From positions 48,883-112,882 of the forward strand of contig JABIAY010000046.1 of the NCBI GenBank assembly GCA_018653085.1: a stretch of DNA of 64,000 nucleotides, given 5' to 3'. A program made the position numbers and the translations under genes. The notes beneath the pieces were generated by a model. The model was not told where the DNA came from, did no database searches, and worked only from the letters and a program-made list of their open reading frames with translations. Shown one piece after another: positions 39,105-48,950 of the stretch. The DNA is from Nitrospina sp. Lineage in GTDB: Bacteria > Nitrospinota > Nitrospinia > Nitrospinales > VA-1. The first letter of the stretch is position 1; every line of letters starts with the position of its first letter.

Positions 39105-39370
39105 CCACTAGGCGTGGGGCCAGTGTGCCATCGCTTTATTTGGCGAGCAAGGAGTTGTCTCGGCGCAATCAAGCTCTTGCCCAGTTCCCTCCCACGGGAG
39201 TGGGTGGCGGGCAAAGAGTTGTCTCGGCTTAACGAGTCTCTGCTATTTGCCTCCCCTGCTAAAGGGCCACTAGGCCCGGCTAAGCGTCCGGTGGCTACTG
39301 CAATGGCTTTTATTGGCTAGCGGCGACTCATATCGGCTTAACGAGTTTCTGCCGTGGGCCTCCTGCCAAG
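39105..39370 (+). repeat. cluster of three modular repeat units (A-B-C, B, A-like, B) upstream of hisI
   Basis: CCACTAGGCGTGGGGCCAGTGTGCC...GAGTTGTCTCGG (twice), CCCTCCCACGGGAGTGGG, and a third degenerate B (GCAATGGCTTTTATTGGC...TCGGCTTAACGAG). Confidence 0.9.
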
Positions 39371-39432
39371 AGGTAATTAACTGAAATTTCGGCGCATTTT
39401 GGTTGCGTTTTAACGTATTCAGAGGAGTTTTT

Positions 39433-39804
39433 ATGAAATTGGATTTTGATAAAATGGGCGGTCTTGTCCCAGCCATCATTCAGGATGCTAAAACCGGCAA
39501 GGTTCTGATGCTTGCGTACATGAACCCAATTGCCTGGGAAAAGACCCTGGAAACCGGGAAAGCCTGGTTCTACAGCCGGTCACGCGACAAGCAATGGATG
39601 AAAGGTGAAGAAAGCGGCAATGTGCAGATCGTCAAGGAAGTGTTTGTCGATTGCGATGACGACACGGTTCTGCTGAAAGTCGAGCAGGTGGGCAATGCCG
39701 CCTGTCATAAAGGTTACACCAGTTGTTTTTTCAGAAAAGTAAACGGTGACGTGAAAATCATCGAAGAAAAAGTTTTCGATCCGGAAAAAGTCTATAAGAA
39801 GTAG
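39433..39804 (+). CDS. hisI: phosphoribosyl-AMP cyclohydrolase
   Basis: [34 protein letters not shown]. Confidence 0.97.
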   Translation: MKLDFDKMGGLVPAIIQDAKTGKVLMLAYMNPIAWEKTLETGKAWFYSRSRDKQWMKGEESGNVQIVKEVFVDCDDDTVLLKVEQVGNAACHKGYTSCFFRKVNGDVKIIEEKVFDPEKVYKK

Positions 39805-39844
39805 TCCCCCTATAAATAATTTATCTTAAGAAAGAAGACAATCC

Positions 39845-40723
39845 ATGAGTGGTAACGTATTAAAGCTGGGAATTCCCAAAGGAAGTCTGGAAGAAGCAAC
39901 GGTAAAACTTTTTGGTCGAGCCGGTTACAACATCCGTATTAAGAGCCGGTCCTATTTCCCCAGCATTGATGACGATGAAATCGAATGCATGTTGATCCGT
40001 GCCCAGGAAATAGCGCGTTATGTAGCAGATGGGGTGCTGGATGCAGGGCTGACGGGTAAAGACTGGATTCTCGAGAACCGGGCCGATGTCGAAGAGATCG
40101 CGCCTCTGGTTTATTCAAAGGTTTCTGCCAAGCCAGTACGCTGGGTGCTGTGTGTTCCCAACGACTCCAAAATCCAATCCGTTAAAGATATGCAAGGCAA
40201 GCGCATCGCCACCGAAGTGGTGAACCTGACCACAGACTGGCTGAAAGGCCATGGCGTGACCGCCAATGTCGAGTTTTCATGGGGAGCCACCGAAGTTAAA
40301 GCTCCCAAACTGGTGGATGCCATTGTTGAAGTTACCGAGACCGGGTCTTCCCTCAAGGCTAATAACCTGCGTATTGTGGATACCCTGATGGAATCGACCA
40401 CTCGCTTCATCATGAACAAAGAAGCCAGCCAGGACCAGTGGAAGAGGAATAAAGTCGACCGCCTTGTTTTGATGTTGCAGGGAGCCATGGCCGCGAACGG
40501 TCGAGTGGGACTGATGATGAACGCGCCGAAACAAAATCTCGATGCGATAATCAATATTTTCCCGCCAGGAAAAAAACCCACCATCTCTGAACTCAGCGAC
40601 AAGGACTGGGTGGCCCTGAATGTGATTCTGGAAGAAAAACTGGTGCGGGATTTTGTTCCCGATCTTAAAAACATCGGCGCTGAAGATATCGTTGAATACC
40701 CGTTAAACAAAATCATCCACTAG
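39845..40723 (+). CDS. hisG: ATP phosphoribosyltransferase (long form)
   Basis: [37 protein letters not shown]-terminal regulatory domain. Confidence 0.97.
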   Translation: MSGNVLKLGIPKGSLEEATVKLFGRAGYNIRIKSRSYFPSIDDDEIECMLIRAQEIARYVADGVLDAGLTGKDWILENRADVEEIAPLVYSKVSAKPVRWVLCVPNDSKIQSVKDMQGKRIATEVVNLTTDWLKGHGVTANVEFSWGATEVKAPKLVDAIVEVTETGSSLKANNLRIVDTLMESTTRFIMNKEASQDQWKRNKVDRLVLMLQGAMAANGRVGLMMNAPKQNLDAIINIFPPGKKPTISELSDKDWVALNVILEEKLVRDFVPDLKNIGAEDIVEYPLNKIIH

Positions 40724-40817
40724 CCACTAGGCGTGGGGCCAGTGTGCCGTCGCTTTATTTGGCGAGCAAAGAGCTGTCTCGGCTTAAAAAAGCCATTGCC
40801 AGTTTACCCCTCCGGGG
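40724..40817 (+). repeat. modular intergenic repeat (A-B-partial C)
   Basis: Starts directly after the hisG TAG; CCACTAG occurs twice in tandem. Confidence 0.9.
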
Positions 40818-40964
40818 CATGAAGTTTATGGATGGGGATATAACACCCTCTCCGGGGAGTGAGTCGCTGGGAAATGGTCAGAACGTTATGGCGCGAGCGA
40901 TGATCATTGCCTTCTGGATGAGATTTTTCAAGCCCCTCCCTAAGTTAATGAACCGGGTTACCGT

Positions 40965-41684
40965 ATGAAAGACCCCAACTCAGAGTCACAGGAAACTGAA
41001 TCCTCCTCCCCAGAGGAGGAGGCCACACAAAACAACACAGAAACTGAATTTGAGGAACAGGAGGTCTTGCCTCCGGCAGAGAAAAAAAAATCCGGGGCAG
41101 GAAAAATCTTTTTATTTCTGGTTTTCGTTCTGGCAGGCTCAGGCGGGTATTTATATTTCAACAATCTCATTCCCGCTGAAATTTTAAACCTCGTTTTCCC
41201 GCAACCGAGCTCATCCCCTGCGTTGATAGCCACAATACCGCCAACCCCTCTACCGGAGGAAGCAGTTGTCGAGCCGGAGGTTGTCGCGCCGGAAGTTATC
41301 GAAAACTCTGAGCCTGTTGCTGAAGAAGTCGAGGTTGTTATTCCTGAGCCTCCTGCTGTTCCCCCTGTGCTTTCTGAAGCCCCGCATGTCAGTGGCAGTC
41401 CCGCTGAATCCTTTCCAGCAATCCGGGTCTCCGGTAATAATTCTGATCAAGGTTCGGAAGCAAAAGAGGAAGAATATTTGCAGGATACGGCACCTATTGT
41501 TCCTCCTGTTGAGGAACTCCCTGAACCTCCTGAACCCGTTGAGGAGCCTGCGCCCTTAGCGGAGCGCAACGAATCCGTTCAGGCCTATCTCGACTTCATC
41601 GAGTCTTCAGTGCAGAAGCTGGGGGAGTGGATTAGAGAGGGTTTTAATCTGGGCTGGGATTATTTAAAGAACCAGTTGGGGTAA
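40965..41684 (+). CDS. hypothetical single-TM protein, Pro/Glu-rich
   Basis: TM helix IFLFLVFVLAGSGGYLYF and an acidic low-complexity linker. Confidence 0.75.
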   Translation: MKDPNSESQETESSSPEEEATQNNTETEFEEQEVLPPAEKKKSGAGKIFLFLVFVLAGSGGYLYFNNLIPAEILNLVFPQPSSSPALIATIPPTPLPEEAVVEPEVVAPEVIENSEPVAEEVEVVIPEPPAVPPVLSEAPHVSGSPAESFPAIRVSGNNSDQGSEAKEEEYLQDTAPIVPPVEELPEPPEPVEEPAPLAERNESVQAYLDFIESSVQKLGEWIREGFNLGWDYLKNQLG

Positions 41685-41695
41685 GTTTCCTTCCT

Positions 41696-42484
41696 TCAAA
41701 CAAACCTTAGGGGAAACTTTTTTGAGATCAAGCCCGCCTCGTGGCAAAGGGACTGAAAATGCATGAGCCCTTCCATCTCTTCTTCTCCAAAATCGTAACG
41801 GATTTTATTCTTGAGATAGTCCCGTAATAAAAATATTGGATGGCCGGTTTTATTTGCCTGGATCTTGGCAATTGTATCTAGATTTTGCAGTCCTTCCTGT
41901 TTGGCATCCAGCAGGGTTTGAATGATTCCACTTTCCACCTTGATGTCTTCCCGGACCGCGATCACAGCGTGAACAAAAGTTTTCTCCGTCCGAGTGAACC
42001 ACTCTTCACTGAGGTCATAAATCGACAGATCTTCTTTGGAAAAACCCAAAGCCTGATCACCAATGATCAATGCGGCATCATTGTTATGGAGCATCTTTTC
42101 CAGATCGGGTTCCTGCCGGGTCAGCTTGAGTCCTGCTGAAAACACTTCAGAGTAAAGTATGCGAAGTAGCGCGATAGAGGTTCTTGACCGGTCATCCAGC
42201 GCCAAAGAACGGATAGCATTAAGAGGCACCTTGGAGACCAGCAAAACAGTTCCCACCTTGTTTCTGGATGAAATAGAAATATTGGGTAGTAGCCGGAAAC
42301 GGTCGGCCTGCTTTAAATATTCAATGGCAGGAATCATGGCCATATCCAGCTTTCCATTGGACAATTGATCGGCCAATTGTGCCGGAGAATTGGTTCTGAT
42401 CTCCAATCCTGCCTCTGAAGCCCGTTTCATCAAGGGCTCCAAAAGCGGTTGTGAATTTATAAAATCGTGGATTCCCAACAGCAA
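41696..42484 (-). CDS. mqnA: chorismate dehydratase (futalosine menaquinone pathway)
   Basis: FINSQPL, PAQLA..L, SRTSIALL, LIIGDQAL, DLSEEW...FVHAV; TTG start at 42484 after AAGGA. Confidence 0.85.
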   Translation of the reverse strand: MLLGIHDFINSQPLLEPLMKRASEAGLEIRTNSPAQLADQLSNGKLDMAMIPAIEYLKQADRFRLLPNISISSRNKVGTVLLVSKVPLNAIRSLALDDRSRTSIALLRILYSEVFSAGLKLTRQEPDLEKMLHNNDAALIIGDQALGFSKEDLSIYDLSEEWFTRTEKTFVHAVIAVREDIKVESGIIQTLLDAKQEGLQNLDTIAKIQANKTGHPIFLLRDYLKNKIRYDFGEEEMEGLMHFQSLCHEAGLISKKFPLRFV

Positions 42485-42501
42485 GGAACAGGTTCCTTTC
42501 C

Positions 42502-42538
42502 AAAAAGAAAAAGGGATGGGGGAAACCCCCATCCCTTT
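42502..42538 (-). terminator. intrinsic terminator after hppA
   Basis: AAAGGGATGGGGG-TTT-CCCCCATCCCTTT followed by a U-rich tract on the minus strand. Confidence 0.8.
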
Positions 42539-42556
42539 AGTTTGATTTTAACTCTG

Positions 42557-44641
42557 CTACAGAAAAAATGGAGCCATTACCAAGGACACGATAGACATCA
42601 GCTTGATCAAAATGTTCATCGCTGGGCCGGAGGTGTCTTTGAGCGGATCCCCAACCGTATCTCCTACTACTGTAGCGTGGTGAGCAGGGGAACCTTTACC
42701 GCCGAGGTTGCCAGCTTCCACATATTTTTTTGCGTTATCCCAGGCACCGCCGCCGTTGGACATGAACAGCGCCAGCGTAACACCGGAAAGTGTGGCACCC
42801 ATCAGCATTCCACCCAGCGCTTCCGCCCCAAGCAACCAACCAACAATGATAGGCATGAGGAAAGCTACCACACCCGGAGCGACCATCTCTCTCAAGGCCG
42901 CCTGGGTACTGATATCAATACAACGGGCACTGTCGGGTTTGCCGGTACCTTCCATCAATCCTGGAATCTCACGGAATTGGCGGCGGATTTCTTCAACCAT
43001 GACCATAGCGGCCTCACCTACTGAATTCATAGTGAGAGCGGCTACATAAAAGGGAATCACTCCGCCTATGAAGACGCCAATGACAACCGTCGTTTGGGTA
43101 ATATCAATCGAATCGATGTGTGCCGCCTGGGTGAAAGCCGCAAACAGGGCCAGCGCCGTCAGAGCCGCAGAACCAATCGCAAAACCTTTACCGATCGCGG
43201 CAGTGGTGTTACCTACCTGATCCAGCCCATCGGTGATTTTTCGGGTTTCTTCTCCCAGTCCGGCCATTTCAGAAATTCCACCGGCGTTATCAGCAATCGG
43301 TCCGTAGGCATCCACCGACATGGTGATTCCCACTGTTGCCAGCATTCCTACTGCCGCAAGAGCTACGCCGTAAAGACCCGCAAATTCGGCACTCACAAAA
43401 ATCGTCAATGCAATGATCAGGATAGGCACAACGCAACTTTCCATTGCCACCGCAAGACCCGTGATCATGACCGTTGCAACGCCTGTTTTGCTTGCCTCCG
43501 CGATGCGGACGACTGGCTTGCCAGCCGTGTAATACTCGGTAATCAGTCCAATGCCGATTCCTGCCAGACAACCAAACAGCAGGGCGACAAAAATACCTGA
43601 AGGCAGGCCCATGACCTTGATCAGGAAAAAAGCGACAAACAACATGGAGCCTGCGCTGATAAAAGTACAATTGCGCAATGCGGCGGAAGGGTCCATGCCT
43701 CCTAAAGCAGTCATGGCCCGGATTCCCAGGACAGATGCAACCAGGCCGATCATAGCTATCAGAATCGGCAAGGCCATGTATTCGAATTGCATGGTTGCCA
43801 TTCCCGCTCCGATAGCAATGGTCGCGATCATGGAACCACAATAGGACTCAAAAATATCCGCACCCAGACCCGCAGTATCGCCAACACAGTCTCCTACGTT
43901 GTCGGCAATAACCCCTGGGTTTCTAGGATCGTCTTCCGGGATTCCTGCTTCTACCTTACCCACCAGATCGGAACCGACATCGGCGGTTTTGGTATAGATG
44001 CCTCCGCCCACACGAGCGAACAAGGCAATGGAACTGGCGCCCATGGCGAATCCGCTGATAACACCAATCGAGTCTCCCCGGCCAAACAAGGTGAACAATC
44101 CTCCAACTCCGATCAGGCCCAGGCTAGCTACACAAAGTCCCATAACAGCACCGCCGTTAAACGCGATATTGAGAGCTTTTGCCTGGCCGCCATCTAAAGC
44201 GGCCTGAGAAGTTCGCACCCCGGAGGTGGTCGCCGCATTCATACCAAAATATCCTGCAAGCATGGAGCACCCGGCCCCTACTGCATAGGCAACCGCAGTC
44301 CAAAAACCTATCCACACGCCTTTTTGCACGGAAATCAAAACCAATAGCAGGACGAACACCGCACCCACAAAATAGCCAAGCATTTTATATTCTCTGGAAA
44401 GAAAAACCATTGCTCCTTCATGGATAGCATCGGCAATTTCAGTCATTTTTTCATTTCCTGCCGGTTCATCATCCACACCTTCAAAAAGTTTCCAGGCGAT
44501 GATGAGTCCGAACACTCCAAACAAAACTGACATATAAACAAATTTCTGTGATGCGTCTAAAGCGGCCATCACCAGATACAAGATCATGGCAAAGCCGATG
44601 AAGAGCATTTCCCCTTTGTGTTCCGATAACATTCTGTTCAA
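42557..44641 (-). CDS. hppA: membrane-bound pyrophosphatase, K+-dependent, probably Na+-translocating
   Basis: [67 protein letters not shown]. Confidence 0.95.
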   Translation of the reverse strand: MNRMLSEHKGEMLFIGFAMILYLVMAALDASQKFVYMSVLFGVFGLIIAWKLFEGVDDEPAGNEKMTEIADAIHEGAMVFLSREYKMLGYFVGAVFVLLLVLISVQKGVWIGFWTAVAYAVGAGCSMLAGYFGMNAATTSGVRTSQAALDGGQAKALNIAFNGGAVMGLCVASLGLIGVGGLFTLFGRGDSIGVISGFAMGASSIALFARVGGGIYTKTADVGSDLVGKVEAGIPEDDPRNPGVIADNVGDCVGDTAGLGADIFESYCGSMIATIAIGAGMATMQFEYMALPILIAMIGLVASVLGIRAMTALGGMDPSAALRNCTFISAGSMLFVAFFLIKVMGLPSGIFVALLFGCLAGIGIGLITEYYTAGKPVVRIAEASKTGVATVMITGLAVAMESCVVPILIIALTIFVSAEFAGLYGVALAAVGMLATVGITMSVDAYGPIADNAGGISEMAGLGEETRKITDGLDQVGNTTAAIGKGFAIGSAALTALALFAAFTQAAHIDSIDITQTTVVIGVFIGGVIPFYVAALTMNSVGEAAMVMVEEIRRQFREIPGLMEGTGKPDSARCIDISTQAALREMVAPGVVAFLMPIIVGWLLGAEALGGMLMGATLSGVTLALFMSNGGGAWDNAKKYVEAGNLGGKGSPAHHATVVGDTVGDPLKDTSGPAMNILIKLMSIVSLVMAPFFL

Positions 44642-45195
44642 TCCTCCGTTGATTTTGATCGTTTATTTAATTCTTTGAGCGCCGCTTCCACTGCTTGCAC
44701 CGCTTGTTCCATAGCCTCGTTTATCAGGCCCGAATCTTCTTCATCAAATGGGGACAACACATAATCGACGATATCATCTTTATCTTCGGGTCGACCGATT
44801 CCCACGCGAACCCGAGCAAACTCTCCGGTCCGTATGGACTGAATCGTTGATCGAATCCCCCGTTGCCCACCATCGCCCCCTTTGAACTTTTTTTTAATCT
44901 TGCCAAGAGGGAGGTCAATATCATCATGAATCACCAGCAACTGCTCTGGTGAAAGACTAAAAGCGGAAAGCAACGACTTCGCCGCTTTTCCGCTTTCATT
45001 CATATAGGTCATTGGTTTCGCGATAACAACTTCGAGCCCTTCCACTTCCCCTTTTCCATATAGGGAGGCATATTTGTGGCGTTCCAACCGAATGTTATAT
45101 TTGTCGGCCAGATTATCTGCCACCCAAAACCCGGCGTTGTGCCGGGTCAGCTCGTAGCGTGGTCCGGGGTTGCCCAGACCTAAAATCAAGAACAC
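44638..45195 (-). CDS. pth: peptidyl-tRNA hydrolase
   Basis: [31 protein letters not shown]. Confidence 0.96.
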   Translation of the reverse strand: MFLILGLGNPGPRYELTRHNAGFWVADNLADKYNIRLERHKYASLYGKGEVEGLEVVIAKPMTYMNESGKAAKSLLSAFSLSPEQLLVIHDDIDLPLGKIKKKFKGGDGGQRGIRSTIQSIRTGEFARVRVGIGRPEDKDDIVDYVLSPFDEEDSGLINEAMEQAVQAVEAALKELNKRSKSTED

Positions 45196-45198
45196 CTT

Positions 45199-45849
45199 TT
45201 ATTTGTCTTCTTTCTTCCCGGCATCATCAGCCGGTTCTGAGGCGGCGGCTTCTGCGCCTTCTTCGCCTTCTGCGCCTTCTTCACCTTCAGGTTTTTCTTC
45301 TTTCACTTTTTCTTCGTGAAGAGTCAACACCACATCAGTGGGGAGATTGATAACTTCCACATCTCCTTCCACCACCAGATCGGATACGTGAATCGTCTGA
45401 TCGAGTTGTACCTCATGCATGGGAAACTCAATTTTTTCAGGGATGTTCTTAGGGATGCTTTCTACTTCCAGCAGACGAATGATATGGTTGATAATCCCGC
45501 CTTGTTTTTCGCCTGGGGCAGTACCCACAAGCACAACAGGAACCTTGACCTTGATTTTTTTCGTTATATCGACTTCCAGGAAATCCGCATGCAACCAACC
45601 CGGCTTCAACGGATGGGACTGGTATTCCTTCAACACCACATTCCGGCTGGAGTCCCCTTCGATATTGAGTTCAATCAAAGTATTACGACCCTTTTCTTCA
45701 AGGAGCTTTTTCAGTTCCTTGGGGTCAACACTCAGGTTGAGGTTATCTTTTAATCCATACATCACCGCAGGCATGGCGTCATCGTTTCTAACATCCCGCG
45801 TGGCAGATTTGCCGGTTGCTTTCCTTAATTTTCCTGCTAAAGCTGACAT
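45199..45849 (-). CDS. rplY: 50S ribosomal protein L25/Ctc
   Basis: PAVMYG, QSHP...HADF, VPV..VG..PG..GG, IHVSDL; sits in the prs-rplY-pth order. Confidence 0.95.
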   Translation of the reverse strand: MSALAGKLRKATGKSATRDVRNDDAMPAVMYGLKDNLNLSVDPKELKKLLEEKGRNTLIELNIEGDSSRNVVLKEYQSHPLKPGWLHADFLEVDITKKIKVKVPVVLVGTAPGEKQGGIINHIIRLLEVESIPKNIPEKIEFPMHEVQLDQTIHVSDLVVEGDVEVINLPTDVVLTLHEEKVKEEKPEGEEGAEGEEGAEAAASEPADDAGKKEDK

Positions 45850-45916
45850 TCTATACTCCAATCCATGTGATAAAAGCTATGAGCGTGCGCCGTACTCACC
45901 GCACAAGCCCGATTTT

Positions 45917-46882
45917 TTATTCCTTGGTTGAGTCGAATAACGAACTGACCGAGGTTTCCTCGTGAATCCTTAAAATCGCTTCTCCGAGCAACGACGCAAC
46001 TGAAAGCACCTTGATCTTCGGGTTATTCTCAAGCCCGTTTGTCAAAGGAATACTGTTTGTCGTTACCACCGATTTGATCGGAGAGTTACTGATACGCTCC
46101 GCCGCAGGACCGGAAAGAACCGCATGGGAACAACAGGCATGAACCTCATTTGCTCCTGCCCCCAACAACGCATCCGTTGCCTCCATGAGAGTTCCTGCGG
46201 TATCAATCATATCGTCCACAATAAACGCCACCTTGCCCTTTACGTCACCAATAATATTCATGGCTTTGGCTTCGTTGGGGATATCCCGGCGTTTATCGAT
46301 AATGGCCAAAGAGGTATCCAACCTTTTAGCAAATGCTCTGGCCCGTTCCACTCCACCTGCATCAGGCGAAATCACTATCAAATTCGGCAAAGCGAGTTCG
46401 CGAATATAATCAATCAGCACATTCATGGCGAACAGGTGATCCACGGGAATATTGAAGAACCCCTGAATCTGTCCGGCATGCAGATCGACCGTTAATACCC
46501 GATCCGTTCCGGCCGTTTCCAGCAAATCGGCAACCAGTTTGGAGGTAATTGGTACCCTGGGTTCGCATTTGCGATCCTGGCGCGCATAACCGTAATAAGG
46601 GATCACCGCTGTGATCCTTTTTGCTGATGACCGGCGCAAGGCATCGATCATAATCAGCAGTTCCATCAAATTGGTATTGCCGGGATAACAAGTCGGCTGA
46701 ACAACAAAAACGTCTCTGCCGCGAACATTTTCTTCGATCCGCACATAAATCTCCTTGTCGGAGAAATCGCGAACCACCGTTTTTCCCAAAGGTATGTCGA
46801 GATATTTACAAATATTTTCCGCCAAAGACGGATTAGCCCGACCTGAAAATAAAAGCATCCGTCCGTTATCGCTAGAATACAT
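45917..46882 (-). CDS. prs: ribose-phosphate pyrophosphokinase
   Basis: [42 protein letters not shown]. Confidence 0.98.
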   Translation of the reverse strand: MYSSDNGRMLLFSGRANPSLAENICKYLDIPLGKTVVRDFSDKEIYVRIEENVRGRDVFVVQPTCYPGNTNLMELLIMIDALRRSSAKRITAVIPYYGYARQDRKCEPRVPITSKLVADLLETAGTDRVLTVDLHAGQIQGFFNIPVDHLFAMNVLIDYIRELALPNLIVISPDAGGVERARAFAKRLDTSLAIIDKRRDIPNEAKAMNIIGDVKGKVAFIVDDMIDTAGTLMEATDALLGAGANEVHACCSHAVLSGPAAERISNSPIKSVVTTNSIPLTNGLENNPKIKVLSVASLLGEAILRIHEETSVSSLFDSTKE

Positions 46883-46907
46883 ATTCTAAAAAATTCCTAT
46901 AAAAATC

Positions 46908-46983
46908 TGGCTGGGGCGGGAGGACTCGAACCTCCGAATGCAGGAATCAAAATCCTGTGTCTTAGCCACTTGACGACGCCCCA
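46908..46983 (-). tRNA. tRNA-Gln (anticodon TTG)
   Basis: TGGGGCGTCGTCAAGTGGCTAAGACA CAGGA-TTTTGAT-TCCTG ...GGTTCGAGTCC...CCA; canonical ispE-tRNA-Gln-prs synteny. Confidence 0.96.
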
Positions 46984-47100
46984 AAGTATAAAAACTCAAT
47001 TTGTGTCCACGCATCAAAGCTTTATGTCCAACCACTAGCGTGAGTAGAGAATTCAATGACTACAAACCCGCCAACACCCTGTGGGCATAAGGATTAGTAG

Positions 47101-47994
47101 CTACCGCAACATTTCCTCAGGATATAATTCAGATAAGCTGACAATACTTTCAGCTAAAAACAGCCTGAATTTTCCACCCTCCAACCGGGTGTACGCAGTT
47201 TTCGCTGTTTCGAGATTGTCAAACAGGCCAAAGACAGTGGAGCCGCTTCCTGAAAGGAGTGCTCCTTTTGCGCCGAAAGCAAGGAACTGCTTTTTTATCG
47301 CAAAAATCTCCGGATACTCTTGAAATACAACAGGTTCCAAGTCATTAGTCCAGGCCGCCCCCAACTGGGCAAACTCCGAGCGCAAAAGAAAATTTTTCAA
47401 AATGCTAATATTATTTTCCTGCTTTGTCAACTTCAAATTTAGATTTCCGTACACCCAGGCCGTAGACACGGGAAATCCAGGATAAACCATTAGAATATAA
47501 AACTTAAGGGAACTGTCTACCGGCTCCAGAATTTCCCCCCGGCCTCTTCCTATAGCGCAGGGGGAAAGCAGGAAAAAAGGTACATCGGAACCCAGTTCAG
47601 AAGCCATCAAAATCAGCTCTTCCCGTTTTAATTCCAAGTCCCATAAGAAATTAAGTCCTAATAAAACTCCGGCGGCATTGCCACTGCCCCCTCCTAACCC
47701 GGCCCCATGGGGAATATTTTTTTTTAAATGGATCCTTGCCCCCTTGCATCGATCAGGAAAACGGGTTTGCAACAAACGGGCGGCTTTGATGACCAGGTTT
47801 CCTTCATCGGTAGGAATATCCGGTTGGTTACAGGTCAACTCCAACCCATCGGCAAGACATTCTATTTTGATCTCATCACACCAGTTCACCATTTGGAACA
47901 GGGTTTCGAGTTCATGAAAACCGTCTTCACGCTTACCAAGCATATGGAGCCCGAGGTTTACTTTGGCAGGTGTTTTAAAAGCAATGGCTGTCAT
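47101..47994 (-). CDS. ispE: 4-diphosphocytidyl-2-C-methyl-D-erythritol kinase
   Basis: PAKVNLGL, KNIPHGAGLGGGSGNAA, LGSDVPFF, SGSGSTVFG. Confidence 0.97.
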   Translation of the reverse strand: MTAIAFKTPAKVNLGLHMLGKREDGFHELETLFQMVNWCDEIKIECLADGLELTCNQPDIPTDEGNLVIKAARLLQTRFPDRCKGARIHLKKNIPHGAGLGGGSGNAAGVLLGLNFLWDLELKREELILMASELGSDVPFFLLSPCAIGRGRGEILEPVDSSLKFYILMVYPGFPVSTAWVYGNLNLKLTKQENNISILKNFLLRSEFAQLGAAWTNDLEPVVFQEYPEIFAIKKQFLAFGAKGALLSGSGSTVFGLFDNLETAKTAYTRLEGGKFRLFLAESIVSLSELYPEEMLR

Positions 47995-48803
47995 TGGCTG
48001 TTCAAGGAAGAAACGGGTTTGAGGAGTTGAAACGTATCCGGGGAGAGCCCATGATTGATAACAGGATTTTTATATTTTACTCGAATGGTTTCCTGTTTTT
48101 CAGGAAACGATAATGTCACCAGATGAGGAAAATCGTAACCCTCGACTTTGGCATATTCCTGCCACTTAACCGAATAGATAGAGCGCTCCCCCAGTTTTCG
48201 GGTCATCTCAAGAGGAAGCAGAGTCATGGCGGAAAACCGAATCGTTACACGTCCTCCGCGCTGGATATCGGTTAGCCGCAGGATGTATTGTGTCTGATCT
48301 GAATTCAAGCGCGAATCCAAAACCTCAAGAAACTCAAGTCTTGGTACATAACCAATAAAAATCCGAAGGTGTTCACGAAAGTCCAACCGTATCCCCAGCA
48401 TTTTTTTCATCAGGGATTCGACTTCCGCTCCAGAATAATACCTGCCATTAGTCGGATTAAAAAATACAGTCCTGCCCTTATGATAAGTGAAAACTCCCAT
48501 GGCCTGACCAAACACGCCATAGGTGTCCACCCGGATAGACTGGTTATTCTGAATTAACAGTGTTTGGCGGAATGTTTGCTTCAGCTTTTGGCCCAGAAAG
48601 GTGGTGCGGGTAAAAGACTTGAGATTGCTAATTTTCCCTGCCCGGTTTTTCAGCCTTTTTAAAACGTAACCGGTGGTGATGGAATCTTTTAATAGATGAG
48701 GAGCAACCGGTTCAACGCGGGGCTGACAACCCCCAAGTATTAAAATAAAAACGAGAAGTCTTAAAAATGGATGGCGGATGCTTGGTAACAGATAGGAAGT
48801 CAA
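47991..48803 (-). CDS. LolB-like/DUF4292 lipoprotein
   Basis: Lipobox LGGC; occupies the lolB position between the TPR gene and ispE. Confidence 0.65.
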   Translation of the reverse strand: MTSYLLPSIRHPFLRLLVFILILGGCQPRVEPVAPHLLKDSITTGYVLKRLKNRAGKISNLKSFTRTTFLGQKLKQTFRQTLLIQNNQSIRVDTYGVFGQAMGVFTYHKGRTVFFNPTNGRYYSGAEVESLMKKMLGIRLDFREHLRIFIGYVPRLEFLEVLDSRLNSDQTQYILRLTDIQRGGRVTIRFSAMTLLPLEMTRKLGERSIYSVKWQEYAKVEGYDFPHLVTLSFPEKQETIRVKYKNPVINHGLSPDTFQLLKPVSSLNSQ

Positions 48804-48817
48804 CGGGTCTTTTTAAT

Positions 48818-48944
48818 GGAAGCTTTGCATAACCCGAGATTCTTCGTCACGTTGTTCCTCAGAATGACAAAATAGTTCTTTATTGTCATGCTGAGCTTGT
48901 CGAAGCATCTCGCTTTTCTGCTTTATTGGTTTACGCAAAGGTCC
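48818..48944. repeat. REPIN/MITE-like long imperfect hairpin
   Basis: Ends CTTTGCATAA / TTACGCAAAG; internal pairings GAGATTCTTCG/CGAAGCATCTC and CTCAGAATGACAA/TTGTCATGCTGAG. Confidence 0.7.
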
Positions 48945-48950
48945 CCTTAC

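Noticed and set aside
39105-39370. Possible CRISPR array or HisL-type attenuator peptide (ORF 39114-39320)
   Set aside because: Units are degenerate, irregularly spaced and dispersed across the window, with no cas genes; the ORF has no His run and is simply the repeat read through
40744-40968. Small ORFs over repeats (also 11392-11583, 17087-17296, 55278-55523, 56251-56643)
   Set aside because: They mostly translate repeat or intergenic DNA, lack a clear RBS and show no independent coding signal
42485-42532. N-terminal extension of mqnA from ATG 42532
   Set aside because: That ATG lies inside the hppA terminator hairpin; TTG 42484 has an RBS and matches the family start
45240-45300. Short tandem repeats at the rplY 3' end
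   Set aside because: They encode the ordinary acidic low-complexity tail (EGEEGAEGEEGAE) of L25/Ctc
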